Below are positions 29,679-38,434 of a DNA stretch of 64,000 nt, in pieces. The notes below the pieces were generated by a model. That model searched no databases and was not told where the DNA came from. It saw nothing but the letters and a program-made list of their open reading frames with translations. Source of the stretch: Thermoanaerobaculia bacterium (lineage in GTDB: Bacteria > Acidobacteriota > Thermoanaerobaculia > Gp7-AA8); the NCBI GenBank assembly GCA_046594105.1, contig JBKJQB010000010.1, positions 14,096-78,095 on the forward strand. The letters are read 5' to 3'. Position 1 is the first letter of the stretch, and every line of letters starts with the position of its first letter. The position numbers and the translations under genes are program-made.

Positions 29679-31346
29679 TCAGTGCTGCATGAGCAGGACG
29701 TCCGCCAAATCCGCCGCAGGGCGGGGGCGTCCGAAGAAGAAGCCCTGCATGTCGTTGCAGCGCCGCTGCAGCAGGTGTGTCAGTTGGTCTTTCGATTCGA
29801 CGCCTTCCGCGACCACCCGCATGTTCAGCCCCTTGGCCATGGTGATCATGGCCTGGACGATCGCGGCATCATCCTGCCGGCGGGTCATGTTCTGCACGAA
29901 GCTTGGAGCGATCTTCAACGTGTTGACTGGCAGCACCTTCAAGTCGGCGAAGGAGCAGCCTCCGCTTCCGAAGTCGTCGATGGCCAGAAGGACGCCGAGA
30001 TCGCGCAGCTCATTCATGACCTCTCCGGCGCGGCTCTTCTTGGAGAGGATCGGCTCAGCGATCTCCAGTTCCAGCGACCCGTTCTCCAGCCCGCTGACCA
30101 GGACCGCCTGCTGCACGGTCTTCGCGAGACTCCGGCTGTAGAACTGATTCGAAGAGACATTGACCGCGACGCGCAGATTGCGCATTCCTTCCTGATGCCA
30201 CACCTTCGCCTGCCTGCAGGCTTCCGACACCACCCATTCGGTGATGGATGCATCCAGCTGGCCCTGCTCCGCTGCCGCAAGAAAGTCGGCAGCCGGAATG
30301 ATGCCCACGTCGGGATGTCTCCACCGCAGAAGGGCTTCGATACACTCGATGCGTCCGGTCTGCACGTTGACCTCGGGCTGATAATGAAGCTCGAATTCTC
30401 CGCGCGAAAGCGCGCGGCGAAGGCCTGAGATCAGCGCGGTCCGCTCCAGCACACGGGTGTTCAGCTCGCTGGTGTGGAAGTGGTAACGGTTGCGCCCGCG
30501 CTCCTTCGCGCCGTACGCCGCGGTGACTGCCTTCTGAATCAGGGTGTCTGCCTCTTCCCCATCTTCGGTGGAGACGCTGATCCCGATGCTTGCAGTCAGC
30601 CGGATGTCATGACCGGCGATGATGAGGGGCTTCTCCACGGAATCGAGGATCCGCTGGGCGACGACCGCGATATCGGCCTCCGCAACCACGTCCCCAAGGA
30701 CCACGATGAATTCATCGCTGCCAAAGCGCCCGACGGCATCTTCGATCCGCGTGGAGTCGATGATGCGGTCGGCCATCGCCTTGAGTACACGATCTGCGAT
30801 GCCATGGCCGAAGGCGCTGTTGATGACCTCGAAGTGATCCAGATCGACCACCAGGGTAGCCACGGCGGCAGGGCGGCGGCGAATTCGCGCCAGGGCAACT
30901 TTGAGCCGGTCGATGATCAGGGTGCGGTTCGGCAGGAGGGTCAGGCCGTCGTGCCCCGCCTGATACTCCAGGCTCTGCACTCCCAGCCGCTGCTCGGTGA
31001 CATCGAACATGGCTCCTTCGAGCCACAATGCCGAAGCGTCTTCCGAAGCCGTCACACGAAGGTTCTGCAAAACCCAGCAGACCGCGCCACCTTTCGTTCG
31101 CAACGCCACTTCGATGTTGGAAAGAGCACCTATGTCAGGAATCGCCGCGGAGATCGCCTGAAGGTCGGACGTATGCACGTAGGCGAAGCCGTTGGCCGCA
31201 AGAAGCTCCTCGCGGTCGTCGTAGCCAAGAATCCGGGCGCACGCGTCGTTGCAATCGAGAAGGGAGCCGTCGAGAGTCTGCCGGAAGAGGCCGACGAGGT
31301 CTGTGGTGCCGAGACTGCTGTCTGATAGGGCCATCATGATTTCCAT
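29679..31346 (-). CDS. PAS-GGDEF-EAL c-di-GMP turnover protein
   Basis: N-terminal PAS-like domain. GGDEF domain with GSDEF (RFGSDEF). EAL domain with EALLRW...QPE and DDFGSG motifs. Start at MEIMMA. Confidence 0.85.
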   Translation of the reverse strand: MEIMMALSDSSLGTTDLVGLFRQTLDGSLLDCNDACARILGYDDREELLAANGFAYVHTSDLQAISAAIPDIGALSNIEVALRTKGGAVCWVLQNLRVTASEDASALWLEGAMFDVTEQRLGVQSLEYQAGHDGLTLLPNRTLIIDRLKVALARIRRRPAAVATLVVDLDHFEVINSAFGHGIADRVLKAMADRIIDSTRIEDAVGRFGSDEFIVVLGDVVAEADIAVVAQRILDSVEKPLIIAGHDIRLTASIGISVSTEDGEEADTLIQKAVTAAYGAKERGRNRYHFHTSELNTRVLERTALISGLRRALSRGEFELHYQPEVNVQTGRIECIEALLRWRHPDVGIIPAADFLAAAEQGQLDASITEWVVSEACRQAKVWHQEGMRNLRVAVNVSSNQFYSRSLAKTVQQAVLVSGLENGSLELEIAEPILSKKSRAGEVMNELRDLGVLLAIDDFGSGGCSFADLKVLPVNTLKIAPSFVQNMTRRQDDAAIVQAMITMAKGLNMRVVAEGVESKDQLTHLLQRRCNDMQGFFFGRPRPAADLADVLLMQH

Positions 31347-31416
31347 CGCTAATCCGCACCTGCCAACGTACACGCTGGGAAGAGGGCCGGAAAGTACCGT
31401 TGGATGGAAAATGCCT

Positions 31417-32067
31417 CTATCGTTCGATAGAGGCTGGCGGGGGGTCGACCATCCCGCGATCGTAGGCATAGCGGGCCAGCTCGACGCGCCCATGGACGCC
31501 CAATTTCTCGTAAATCGCGTGGAGATGAGACTTAACCGTACCCTCCCCGATGACGAGTTGGGTGGCGATCTCCTTGTTGCGAAGGCCGGTGGCCACCATC
31601 TTGACGATGTCCGTTTCTCTCGGCGACAGGATCTCGGTGATTTTACGGGCGGCCGCCTCTCGTTTGAGGACGTGGTCCAGGGCCCTGCTGACCAGAGCGT
31701 TATCGAGAGCCCGCTCACCTGCCGCGACTCGACGTGCGCACTCCACCAGGGAGATGGCTGCGGCCTCTTTCAACACCAGTCCGCGCACCCCGGCCCGCAC
31801 GGCGTCCGCCACTTCTTCGTCATCCAGTGAGGCGGTCAGCAGCACCACTGCGGTGGGCAATTGCATGCCCTGCAGCTGGTGCAGTACCCACAACCCGTCC
31901 CCCTTGGGCATTCGCAGATCCACCACCAGCACGTCGGGGCGGAAGCGACGAACGGCGGTCACGGCGTCTTCGCCGCTGGTGCACGTGGCCACCACTTCGA
32001 AGTCTTCCTCGCGACGGAACAACTGTTCCAGCCCTTCGAGAATCATTCGATGATCGTCAGCCAGCAC
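31417..32067 (-). CDS. NarL/FixJ (LuxR)-family response regulator
   Basis: Receiver domain (LADDHRMILEGL...VVDLRMP...) plus C-terminal LuxR-type HTH (LSPRETDIVKMVATGLRNKEIATQL). GTG start by the track. An in-frame ATT at 32076 with SD GGAGGA 6 nt upstream is an alternative. Confidence 0.85.
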   Translation of the reverse strand: MLADDHRMILEGLEQLFRREEDFEVVATCTSGEDAVTAVRRFRPDVLVVDLRMPKGDGLWVLHQLQGMQLPTAVVLLTASLDDEEVADAVRAGVRGLVLKEAAAISLVECARRVAAGERALDNALVSRALDHVLKREAAARKITEILSPRETDIVKMVATGLRNKEIATQLVIGEGTVKSHLHAIYEKLGVHGRVELARYAYDRGMVDPPPASIER

Positions 32068-32075
32068 CAGTCGAA

Positions 32076-33254
32076 TCAGAAATCCTCCACAAAGCCCAGA
32101 GGCACTGTAATCTCGACACGGGCTCCCGAATCCGACGATTCGATCGCCAGATCACCATTCAGTGCGATCACCCGTTCGGCCAGCATCCTCGGTCCTCTCC
32201 CGCTTTCGCGAATGGCCTCCAGCAACATCCTTCCCCGCCATTCGAAGCCGCTGCCATCATCGCTGACTTCGATGCGGATCCGACCTTCGCCGGTCCGCAT
32301 TCGTACGTTAATATTTTTGGCGGCACCATGTTTCGCTGCATTCATCACCGCTTCGTGCAGGATCCGGTACGTTTCATGTCCCAGATGGCGCGAAACGGAA
32401 ACGTCGACACCGGAGAGATCGAGCAGCAGATGAATCGACCACTGCTGATGGAGCCTGGAAACGAGGTCCTGCAGACGGGCGTTGAAGTCAAAGGCGGATT
32501 CCGCGCGCGCCGCCCGCGGCCCGAGTTGCTCGACGAAGGATCTCAACTCGCGCTGATCGGCCATCAGCGAGGCTTCCGCCTCGGTGACCATTCGCTTGGC
32601 CCGCTCCGGTTCGGTCGTCAGAACACTGTGCGCCGTCTCCAGCTGCAGAACGATTCCGGTGAACGACTGCAGAAGACCGTCGTGAAGATCGCGGGCCACG
32701 CGCACCCGCTCCCGCGCCACCGCCTCGTCCGTCGACGCCACCACATGGATGTGGCGATCCAGCTGCTCCCCCACCAGGCGCCCCGCGGCATCCCCAGCCA
32801 GCAGCGCAAGCTCGAGATGCTCCCTTTCTGCAAACGACACGAAGACCCGCCCTTCTCCACGCGCCGCAATGATGGGGAACGTCAACATGGCATCGGAGGG
32901 CAGCTCGCCCAGCAACGCTTCGGTGATCACAGCCCCGGTCGCCCTGCTTTCACCGTCGGCGCGAACCACGCTGCCGCCTCGGGGCGACGAAACCCAGAAC
33001 GTGCTGCCGCTCAGCTCGGGGGCCACCGGTGGCGCGAATGGCTCGACTTTTTCTTCGCGACAGTGGAACTCATCCGAAGTGCACCGGGCGATGACCACCC
33101 ACGGCTCCTCCGACTCCTCCCAGGTCAGCAACGCGAACGTGGAATCGAAGATCGCGCAGACTTCTTCCAGTGCGCGTTTCAACGCTCCGCCCAGATCGTC
33201 CGGTTGAACCGAGGAACGCGACTGGAAACGGCTGCCGATCTCCCGAGCCGAGAA
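32076..33254 (-). CDS. Cytoplasmic sensor histidine kinase, NarL-type (HisKA_3 + HATPase_c)
   Basis: H-box RDLHDGLLQSFTGIVLQLE (HisKA_3). C-terminal N/G1/G2 ATPase boxes (HEAVMNAAKHG ... DDGSGF). N-terminal ~180-aa sensory region without TM. Start at MFSA. Confidence 0.7.
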   Translation of the reverse strand, partial: FSAREIGSRFQSRSSVQPDDLGGALKRALEEVCAIFDSTFALLTWEESEEPWVVIARCTSDEFHCREEKVEPFAPPVAPELSGSTFWVSSPRGGSVVRADGESRATGAVITEALLGELPSDAMLTFPIIAARGEGRVFVSFAEREHLELALLAGDAAGRLVGEQLDRHIHVVASTDEAVARERVRVARDLHDGLLQSFTGIVLQLETAHSVLTTEPERAKRMVTEAEASLMADQRELRSFVEQLGPRAARAESAFDFNARLQDLVSRLHQQWSIHLLLDLSGVDVSVSRHLGHETYRILHEAVMNAAKHGAAKNINVRMRTGEGRIRIEVSDDGSGFEWRGRMLLEAIRESGRGPRMLAERVIALNGDLAIESSDSGARVEITVPLGFVEDF

Positions 33255-33514
33255 CATGATCTCGAATGGTAACGCCGCGCCCGTCACCGCGACCGACCAA
33301 ATAGCGCCGGAAAGATTTCGATCCTGTAGGCAACATCGCAAGGATGTTCGCCATGGGGACCGATTCGGCGTCCAGTGGATGTGTCGCCAGCCCCTTCGCA
33401 ACGCCATGAGTCAGAACCCTTACACCAAGATCTCTGTGGCCAACGGCTATTACGATCTGGCCACTCCTCCCGCCGCTACTCTCCCGCCTTCGCTCTCGCT
33501 GTACCATGCGCGCC

Positions 33515-34279
33515 ATGCCACGCATTCTCGTCACCAACGACGACGGTATCTACAGCGAAGGGATCCGCAAGCTCGCCGACGCACTCCGCCCGCTGGGGGA
33601 AGTGATCATCGTCGCTCCCGACCGGGAGCAGAGTGCAGCGTCGCATGCGCTCACGCTCAATCGCCCCCTGCGCATGCTCCAGATCCAGGAAAAGGAATGG
33701 ATCGTCGACGGCACACCGAGCGACTGCGTCAACCTGGCCGTCCTCAAGCTGCTCAAGGATGCTCGCCCCGATATCGTCGTCTCCGGGATCAACTTCGGAC
33801 CGAATCTGGGTGACGACGTCACCTACTCCGGAACCATCTCGGCTGCGTTCGAGGGTGCACTCCTGAACATTCCCTCCATCGCATTCTCCGCGCTGATCGG
33901 GGAGAACTTCTCCTTCGACCGGTGCGCCGCCTTTGCCGCACACCTGACCCGCTGGTTTCTGACCGAGCCGCGCGATCCGCAAATCATCCTGAACGTCAAC
34001 TTCCCCTACACGAAGTTCAACGGCGTGCGCGTCACCCGCCTGGGGAAGAGGATCTACTCCGAGGGCGTGATCGAGCGGCTCGATCCGCGCGGGAGAAAGT
34101 ACTACTGGATCGGTGGCGAGCCGCCCACCTGGCATCCCGGCGAAGGAACCGACTTCGAATCGATCCAGGGTGGTTTTGTGACCATCACCCCCCTTCACCT
34201 CGACCTCACCCATCACGAATCGCTTGCAAAGCTGAAGTCACTCGAGGACACCCTTGACGCCGCCGCAACGAAAGGATGA
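33515..34279 (+). CDS. surE: 5'/3'-nucleotidase SurE
   Basis: MPRILVTNDDGIYSEGIRKLADAL... matches the conserved SurE N-terminus (DDG metal site). 254 aa. Confidence 0.9.
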   Translation: MPRILVTNDDGIYSEGIRKLADALRPLGEVIIVAPDREQSAASHALTLNRPLRMLQIQEKEWIVDGTPSDCVNLAVLKLLKDARPDIVVSGINFGPNLGDDVTYSGTISAAFEGALLNIPSIAFSALIGENFSFDRCAAFAAHLTRWFLTEPRDPQIILNVNFPYTKFNGVRVTRLGKRIYSEGVIERLDPRGRKYYWIGGEPPTWHPGEGTDFESIQGGFVTITPLHLDLTHHESLAKLKSLEDTLDAAATKG

Positions 34280-34322
34280 TCGCAGCGCGCAGGACCGCGA
34301 ATTCGCCCATCAGCGAGCGCTC

Positions 34323-34937
34323 ATGGTCGACCGGCACGTAGCGGCCAGAGGGGTGCGCGACGCGCGGGTGCTGCAAGCCATGCGCGATGTGCCTCGGCAC
34401 CTGTTCGTCCCTTCCGTGATGGCGGCGAAAGCTTACGGGCCGGGAGCCCTCCCCATCGGCTCCAAACAAACCATTTCGCAGCCCTACATCGTGGCCAGGA
34501 TGATCGAGCTCCTGGATCTGAATGGCTCGGAGAAAGTCCTGGAGATTGGCACGGGAACGGGATATCAGGCCGTAGTCCTGTCGAAGCTATGCGCCAAAGT
34601 GTTTACTATCGAACGCCTCCCCGAACTGGCCATGCGCGCTGCCGAGCTGTTTCGCGATCTCAAAATCCACAATGCCAGCGTGAAGGTGTTCGACGGAACC
34701 TACGGATGGTCGGATCAGGCCCCCTTCGACCGGATCATCGTTGCCGCTGCAGCTCCGGCCGTTCCCGAACCGCTGGTCCAACAGCTTTCCCGAACGGGCA
34801 AGCTCGTCATTCCGGTGGGCCCGGAAGGCTCGCAGCGTCTGGCGCGCGTCACGCGGGTGGGCACAGGCGTGCAGATCGAAGACTGCGGCGGTGCGGAGTT
34901 CGTACCCCTGGTCGGAAAATTCGGCTGGAAGGAGTGA
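34323..34937 (+). CDS. pcm: Protein-L-isoaspartate O-methyltransferase
   Basis: VLQAMRDVPRHLFVP, TISQPYIVARM and VLEIGTGTGYQAVVLS motifs. The classic surE-pcm gene pair. Start could be as early as 34254, which would overlap surE. Confidence 0.85.
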   Translation: MVDRHVAARGVRDARVLQAMRDVPRHLFVPSVMAAKAYGPGALPIGSKQTISQPYIVARMIELLDLNGSEKVLEIGTGTGYQAVVLSKLCAKVFTIERLPELAMRAAELFRDLKIHNASVKVFDGTYGWSDQAPFDRIIVAAAAPAVPEPLVQQLSRTGKLVIPVGPEGSQRLARVTRVGTGVQIEDCGGAEFVPLVGKFGWKE

Positions 34938-34941
34938 GGCG

Positions 34942-35439
34942 TTGAAAGCGCGGACGCTCCTCATGGCCACCGCGATCGTCTCCTCCATTCTGGGGGCCGC
35001 CGTGGCCTACCTGGTCCTCACCGTTCCCAACGACATCAACGCTGCGGCGCTTTTGCGCAGGGCTCGAAAGGAGCTCGGCGAAGGCAATCGCGACGAGGCG
35101 CGCAAGGATCTTTCCAACCTGATCCAGCAATTCCCCCGTACAGATGCTGCGGGCGCGGCCACGGTGGCCCTGGCCTCCATCGCCGACAGCGAGCGTCACG
35201 GGCTGCAGAAACAGCTGGAGAATCTGCGGCGCGATGCGGCCGCCGACCGCAAGCAGATGGCTGCGCTTCAGACCCGGGTCGGACTGCTCTCCATGGCTGC
35301 GCCGGTGCCAGCGGCCGCTCCCCCCGCGCCCGTTCCGGTCCCTTCCCCGGCATTGAATATTGCGGCCCCTCCGAAGAAGACCGCGGCCCAGCCGCCGGTG
35401 CCTCATCGCGCGCGGTCCCATCGCCGCCGACGTCATTAG
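34942..35439 (+). CDS. Hypothetical membrane-anchored protein (N-terminal TM, TPR-like/coiled-coil middle, Pro/Ala-rich basic tail)
   Basis: TTG at 34942 with GGAG 7 nt upstream. Alternative start is ATG at 34963. No recognisable family. Confidence 0.35.
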   Translation: MKARTLLMATAIVSSILGAAVAYLVLTVPNDINAAALLRRARKELGEGNRDEARKDLSNLIQQFPRTDAAGAATVALASIADSERHGLQKQLENLRRDAAADRKQMAALQTRVGLLSMAAPVPAAAPPAPVPVPSPALNIAAPPKKTAAQPPVPHRARSHRRRRH

Positions 35440-35481
35440 ACCGGCGAGAGAGGTGGTCGTTTGCGCGTACAATCTGCCGCC

Positions 35482-35760
35482 ATGGCCAAAGAACAACGCC
35501 TCATCCGCATTCAGGGGAAAGTCCAGGGCGTGGGCTATCGATTCTTCGCCACCCGCGTGGCCCGGCGGCTCGGGCTGAAGGGCTCCATCCAGAATCTGCG
35601 CGACGGAACCGTGGAAGCGGTGGTGGAAGGGGAAAAGACTTCCATCGATGAGTGGATCGAGGAGCTCCGCGAGGGGCCCCGGTACGCCGAAGTCGTCACC
35701 ATCGAGCAGGAATCGAAAGACTTCACGGGCAAGCTCCCCGACTTCGACGTCAAGTTCTGA
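35482..35760 (+). CDS. acyP: Acylphosphatase
   Basis: VQGVGYR signature and GxVxN (LRDGTVEAVVEG). 92 aa. Confidence 0.8.
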   Translation: MAKEQRLIRIQGKVQGVGYRFFATRVARRLGLKGSIQNLRDGTVEAVVEGEKTSIDEWIEELREGPRYAEVVTIEQESKDFTGKLPDFDVKF

Positions 35761-35770
35761 GACCGACCGA

Positions 35771-36283
35771 ATGGATCTGCGATCTCTGATCCGCGACATC
35801 CCGGACTTCCCGAAACCGGGGATCGTTTTCAAGGACATCACTCCGCTGCTTCGCTCGCCCGGAGCTCTCCACTACGCCGGCGAAGCGATGGCCGCACCGT
35901 TTCGCGATCAAAACATCACCGCCGTCGCAGCGATCGAATCGCGCGGATTCATCTTCGGCGCGGCGGTCGCTCACATCCTCGGAGTCGGATTCGTCCCCAT
36001 CCGCAAGCCGGGAAAGCTTCCGTTCAAGACGCGACGGAACGAGTACACACTCGAATACGGCAGCGGGATTCTGGAAATCCACGATGACGCGCTCACTCCG
36101 GACGATCGCGTCCTGATTGTCGACGACGTGCTGGCCACCGGCGGCACCGCCTCCGGAGCAGCGGCCCTGATCCGCGACTTCGGAGCGGCGATCGCCGGCG
36201 CATCCATGCTCATCGAGCTCGCTTTCCTGGACGGCCGCAAGTGCCTGCCCGGGTTGCAGATTCGCTCCCTGATCACCTACTGA
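35771..36283 (+). CDS. apt: Adenine phosphoribosyltransferase
   Basis: MDLRSLIRDIPDFPKPGIVFKDITPLL... and the PRPP-binding motif VLIVDDVLATGGT. Confidence 0.9.
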   Translation: MDLRSLIRDIPDFPKPGIVFKDITPLLRSPGALHYAGEAMAAPFRDQNITAVAAIESRGFIFGAAVAHILGVGFVPIRKPGKLPFKTRRNEYTLEYGSGILEIHDDALTPDDRVLIVDDVLATGGTASGAAALIRDFGAAIAGASMLIELAFLDGRKCLPGLQIRSLITY

Positions 36284-36290
36284 GCATTCA

Positions 36291-37730
36291 ATGGACGAGA
36301 CGAACGCGAAGGCAGCCTACGACCTCGTGGTCATGGGGTCCGGCCCGGCTGGCGAAAAGGGCGCGGCCCAGGCTGCCTACTTCGGCAAGCGCGTCGCTCT
36401 GATCGAGCGGGAGCCGGTTCTTGGAGGTGCCTGCGTCAATACCGGCACCATCCCCTCCAAGACTCTGCGCGAATCCGCCCTTCATCTTTCGGGATTCCGC
36501 CAGCGGGGGTTTCACGACTCCGTCGACGTCACCATCAAAGGCATCGGTGTCGGCGAGTTCATGTATCGCAAGGATCTGGTGGTCGCCCACGAATGGAGGC
36601 GCATCGACGAGAACCTGCGGCGCCACAAGATTGATCGGTATCAGGGAGAGGCACGGTTTGTCTCGCCGACCCGCATCGCCATCCACAACGCCCTGGGCGA
36701 GGAGATCGTGGACGCAGCGGTCGTCCTGATTGCCACCGGTTCCTCGCCTCACCGACCGTCCACCATTCCCTTCGACGGGGACTGCATCCTGGACAGCGAC
36801 AACATGCTGGCCATCGACCGCATCCCCGCCAGCCTGGCAGTGGTGGGAGCAGGGGTCATTGGATGTGAGTACGCCTCGATCTTTGCCGCGCTCGGCGTCA
36901 ACGTCCACTTGATCGATGGGCGCACCTCGCTACTTCCGCACATCGACCGCGAAATCGTGCGCGTGCTGCTGGGAGAGCTGCAGAATCGGCTCGCGGTCAG
37001 CCTGCATCTCGGATGCGACGTCGACACCATCGCCAAAGTAGACGGCAAGGTGTCCATCACTCTGAAGGACGGCCAACGCATCGAGGTCGAGAAAGTGCTC
37101 TATGCGGCAGGCCGCAGCAGCAACGTCGAAAGGCTGAACCTCGATGGTGTGGGTGTGAAGACCGGCAATCGAGGACTGATCCTCGTCGATGAGCACTACC
37201 GGACCAGCGTGCCGAATGTGTATGCCGCGGGAGACGTCATCGGATTTCCAGCACTGGCGTCCACTTCCATGGAGCAGGCCCGGGTCGCCGTGGTCCACGC
37301 CTTCGACCTGAAATACAAGACCAGTGTGGCGGCCACACTTCCCTACGCCATCTACACCATCCCCGAACTGGCCACCATGGGCCTCTCTGAGGATGAGTGC
37401 CGGACCAAAGGGCGGGCCTGCGAGGTGGGGCGTGCGTTCTACCGCGACAACGCGCGGGGGCAGATCATTGGCGACTCCAAAGGAATGATCAAGCTGGTGT
37501 TCGATCCTCAGTCCCTGCAGCTTCTGGGGGTTCACATCGTCGGTGAAAACGCCTCGGAGCTTTTGCACGTGGGAATGATGGTCATGCAGTTCGGCGGAAC
37601 GATCAGCGCCTTCATCGACAGCGTCTTCAACTTCCCCACGCTGAGCGAGGCTTACAAATATGCGGCCTACGACGGTCTTGGAAATCTCGCGCGCAGCCGG
37701 GGACCGAAGAAGCAGAAGCAGCCTGAGTAA
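36291..37730 (+). CDS. sthA: Soluble pyridine nucleotide transhydrogenase-like flavoprotein disulfide reductase family member (SthA/UdhA-like)
   Basis: FAD motif VVMGSGPAGE. YAAGDVIGFPALASTSMEQAR and FNFPTLSEAYKYAAYDGL closely parallel E. coli SthA blocks. Could alternatively be a dihydrolipoyl dehydrogenase paralog. Confidence 0.7.
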   Translation: MDETNAKAAYDLVVMGSGPAGEKGAAQAAYFGKRVALIEREPVLGGACVNTGTIPSKTLRESALHLSGFRQRGFHDSVDVTIKGIGVGEFMYRKDLVVAHEWRRIDENLRRHKIDRYQGEARFVSPTRIAIHNALGEEIVDAAVVLIATGSSPHRPSTIPFDGDCILDSDNMLAIDRIPASLAVVGAGVIGCEYASIFAALGVNVHLIDGRTSLLPHIDREIVRVLLGELQNRLAVSLHLGCDVDTIAKVDGKVSITLKDGQRIEVEKVLYAAGRSSNVERLNLDGVGVKTGNRGLILVDEHYRTSVPNVYAAGDVIGFPALASTSMEQARVAVVHAFDLKYKTSVAATLPYAIYTIPELATMGLSEDECRTKGRACEVGRAFYRDNARGQIIGDSKGMIKLVFDPQSLQLLGVHIVGENASELLHVGMMVMQFGGTISAFIDSVFNFPTLSEAYKYAAYDGLGNLARSRGPKKQKQPE

Positions 37731-37731
37731 C

Positions 37732-37962
37732 TCACTCCAGACGCAGATGCAGAGCTGGCGACTCTCCGCTCAAATGAACGCCCGGCTGCAGCTCGAAGGC
37801 CTCGTCCGCCGTACTGGCGCCCCCCAGCAGCAGGCAGAGACGCGCAAAATCCTTGAACGCAGATGCGTCGCCGTGCAGCGTGACGCGATCGCCTTCCACG
37901 GAGAGCCGCAGCCGCGATCGTGTCAGCCCTTCCAGAGCCATCATGGCAAGGTCGTAGTTCAC
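37732..37962 (-). CDS. Hypothetical 76-aa protein, translationally coupled (ATGA) to queD
   Basis: ATG overlaps the queD stop (atga at 37959-37962). High GC3, consistent with coding. No recognisable domain. Confidence 0.35.
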   Translation of the reverse strand: MNYDLAMMALEGLTRSRLRLSVEGDRVTLHGDASAFKDFARLCLLLGGASTADEAFELQPGVHLSGESPALHLRLE

Positions 37963-38372
37963 GCTTCGTCCTCCCCGCGGTAAACAACCGAGTTCTTCTC
38001 GGTTTCCTGCAGGCGGATCTCCTGCAGCGAGCCGTGATCGATCGCCCCTGCCAACTGCTGCCAGAAGGAGCGGGCAAGATTCTCCGCCGTGGGGATGACG
38101 TCGCGCAGGAAGTCTACGTCGGTGTTGAGGTTACGATGATCGACGCGATCGATCACGTTCTTCCGCACGATGTCTTTCAGCTTCTTCAGATCGATGACCA
38201 TTCCGGTGTCTTCATCGATCACGCCCCTGACGCTGACTTCGATCGCGTAGTTGTGACCGTGCCCCCCGGGATTGTCACACTTGTCGTACGTTCGCCGGTT
38301 CCAGTCGGCGTCGAATTTCGGGTTGTGGAGCCGGTGCGCGGCCGAGAAAGTCAGGCGGGCGGTGACGATCAT
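37959..38372 (-). CDS. queD: 6-carboxy-5,6,7,8-tetrahydropterin synthase (QueD/PTPS family)
   Basis: RLTFSAAHRLHNP...CDNPGGHGHNY has the Cys and His Zn ligands of the PTPS fold. 137 aa. Confidence 0.85.
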   Translation of the reverse strand: MIVTARLTFSAAHRLHNPKFDADWNRRTYDKCDNPGGHGHNYAIEVSVRGVIDEDTGMVIDLKKLKDIVRKNVIDRVDHRNLNTDVDFLRDVIPTAENLARSFWQQLAGAIDHGSLQEIRLQETEKNSVVYRGEDEA

Positions 38373-38434
38373 GCCGACATGTTAGCCCGCATTGCTCGCC
38401 CCCCTACCCGGTGAATGCGGACGCTGCCGGGGCC

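Noticed and set aside
31734-33272. 512-aa plus-strand ORF
   Set aside because: Antisense to the LuxR regulator and histidine kinase genes, both of which have clear domain motifs.
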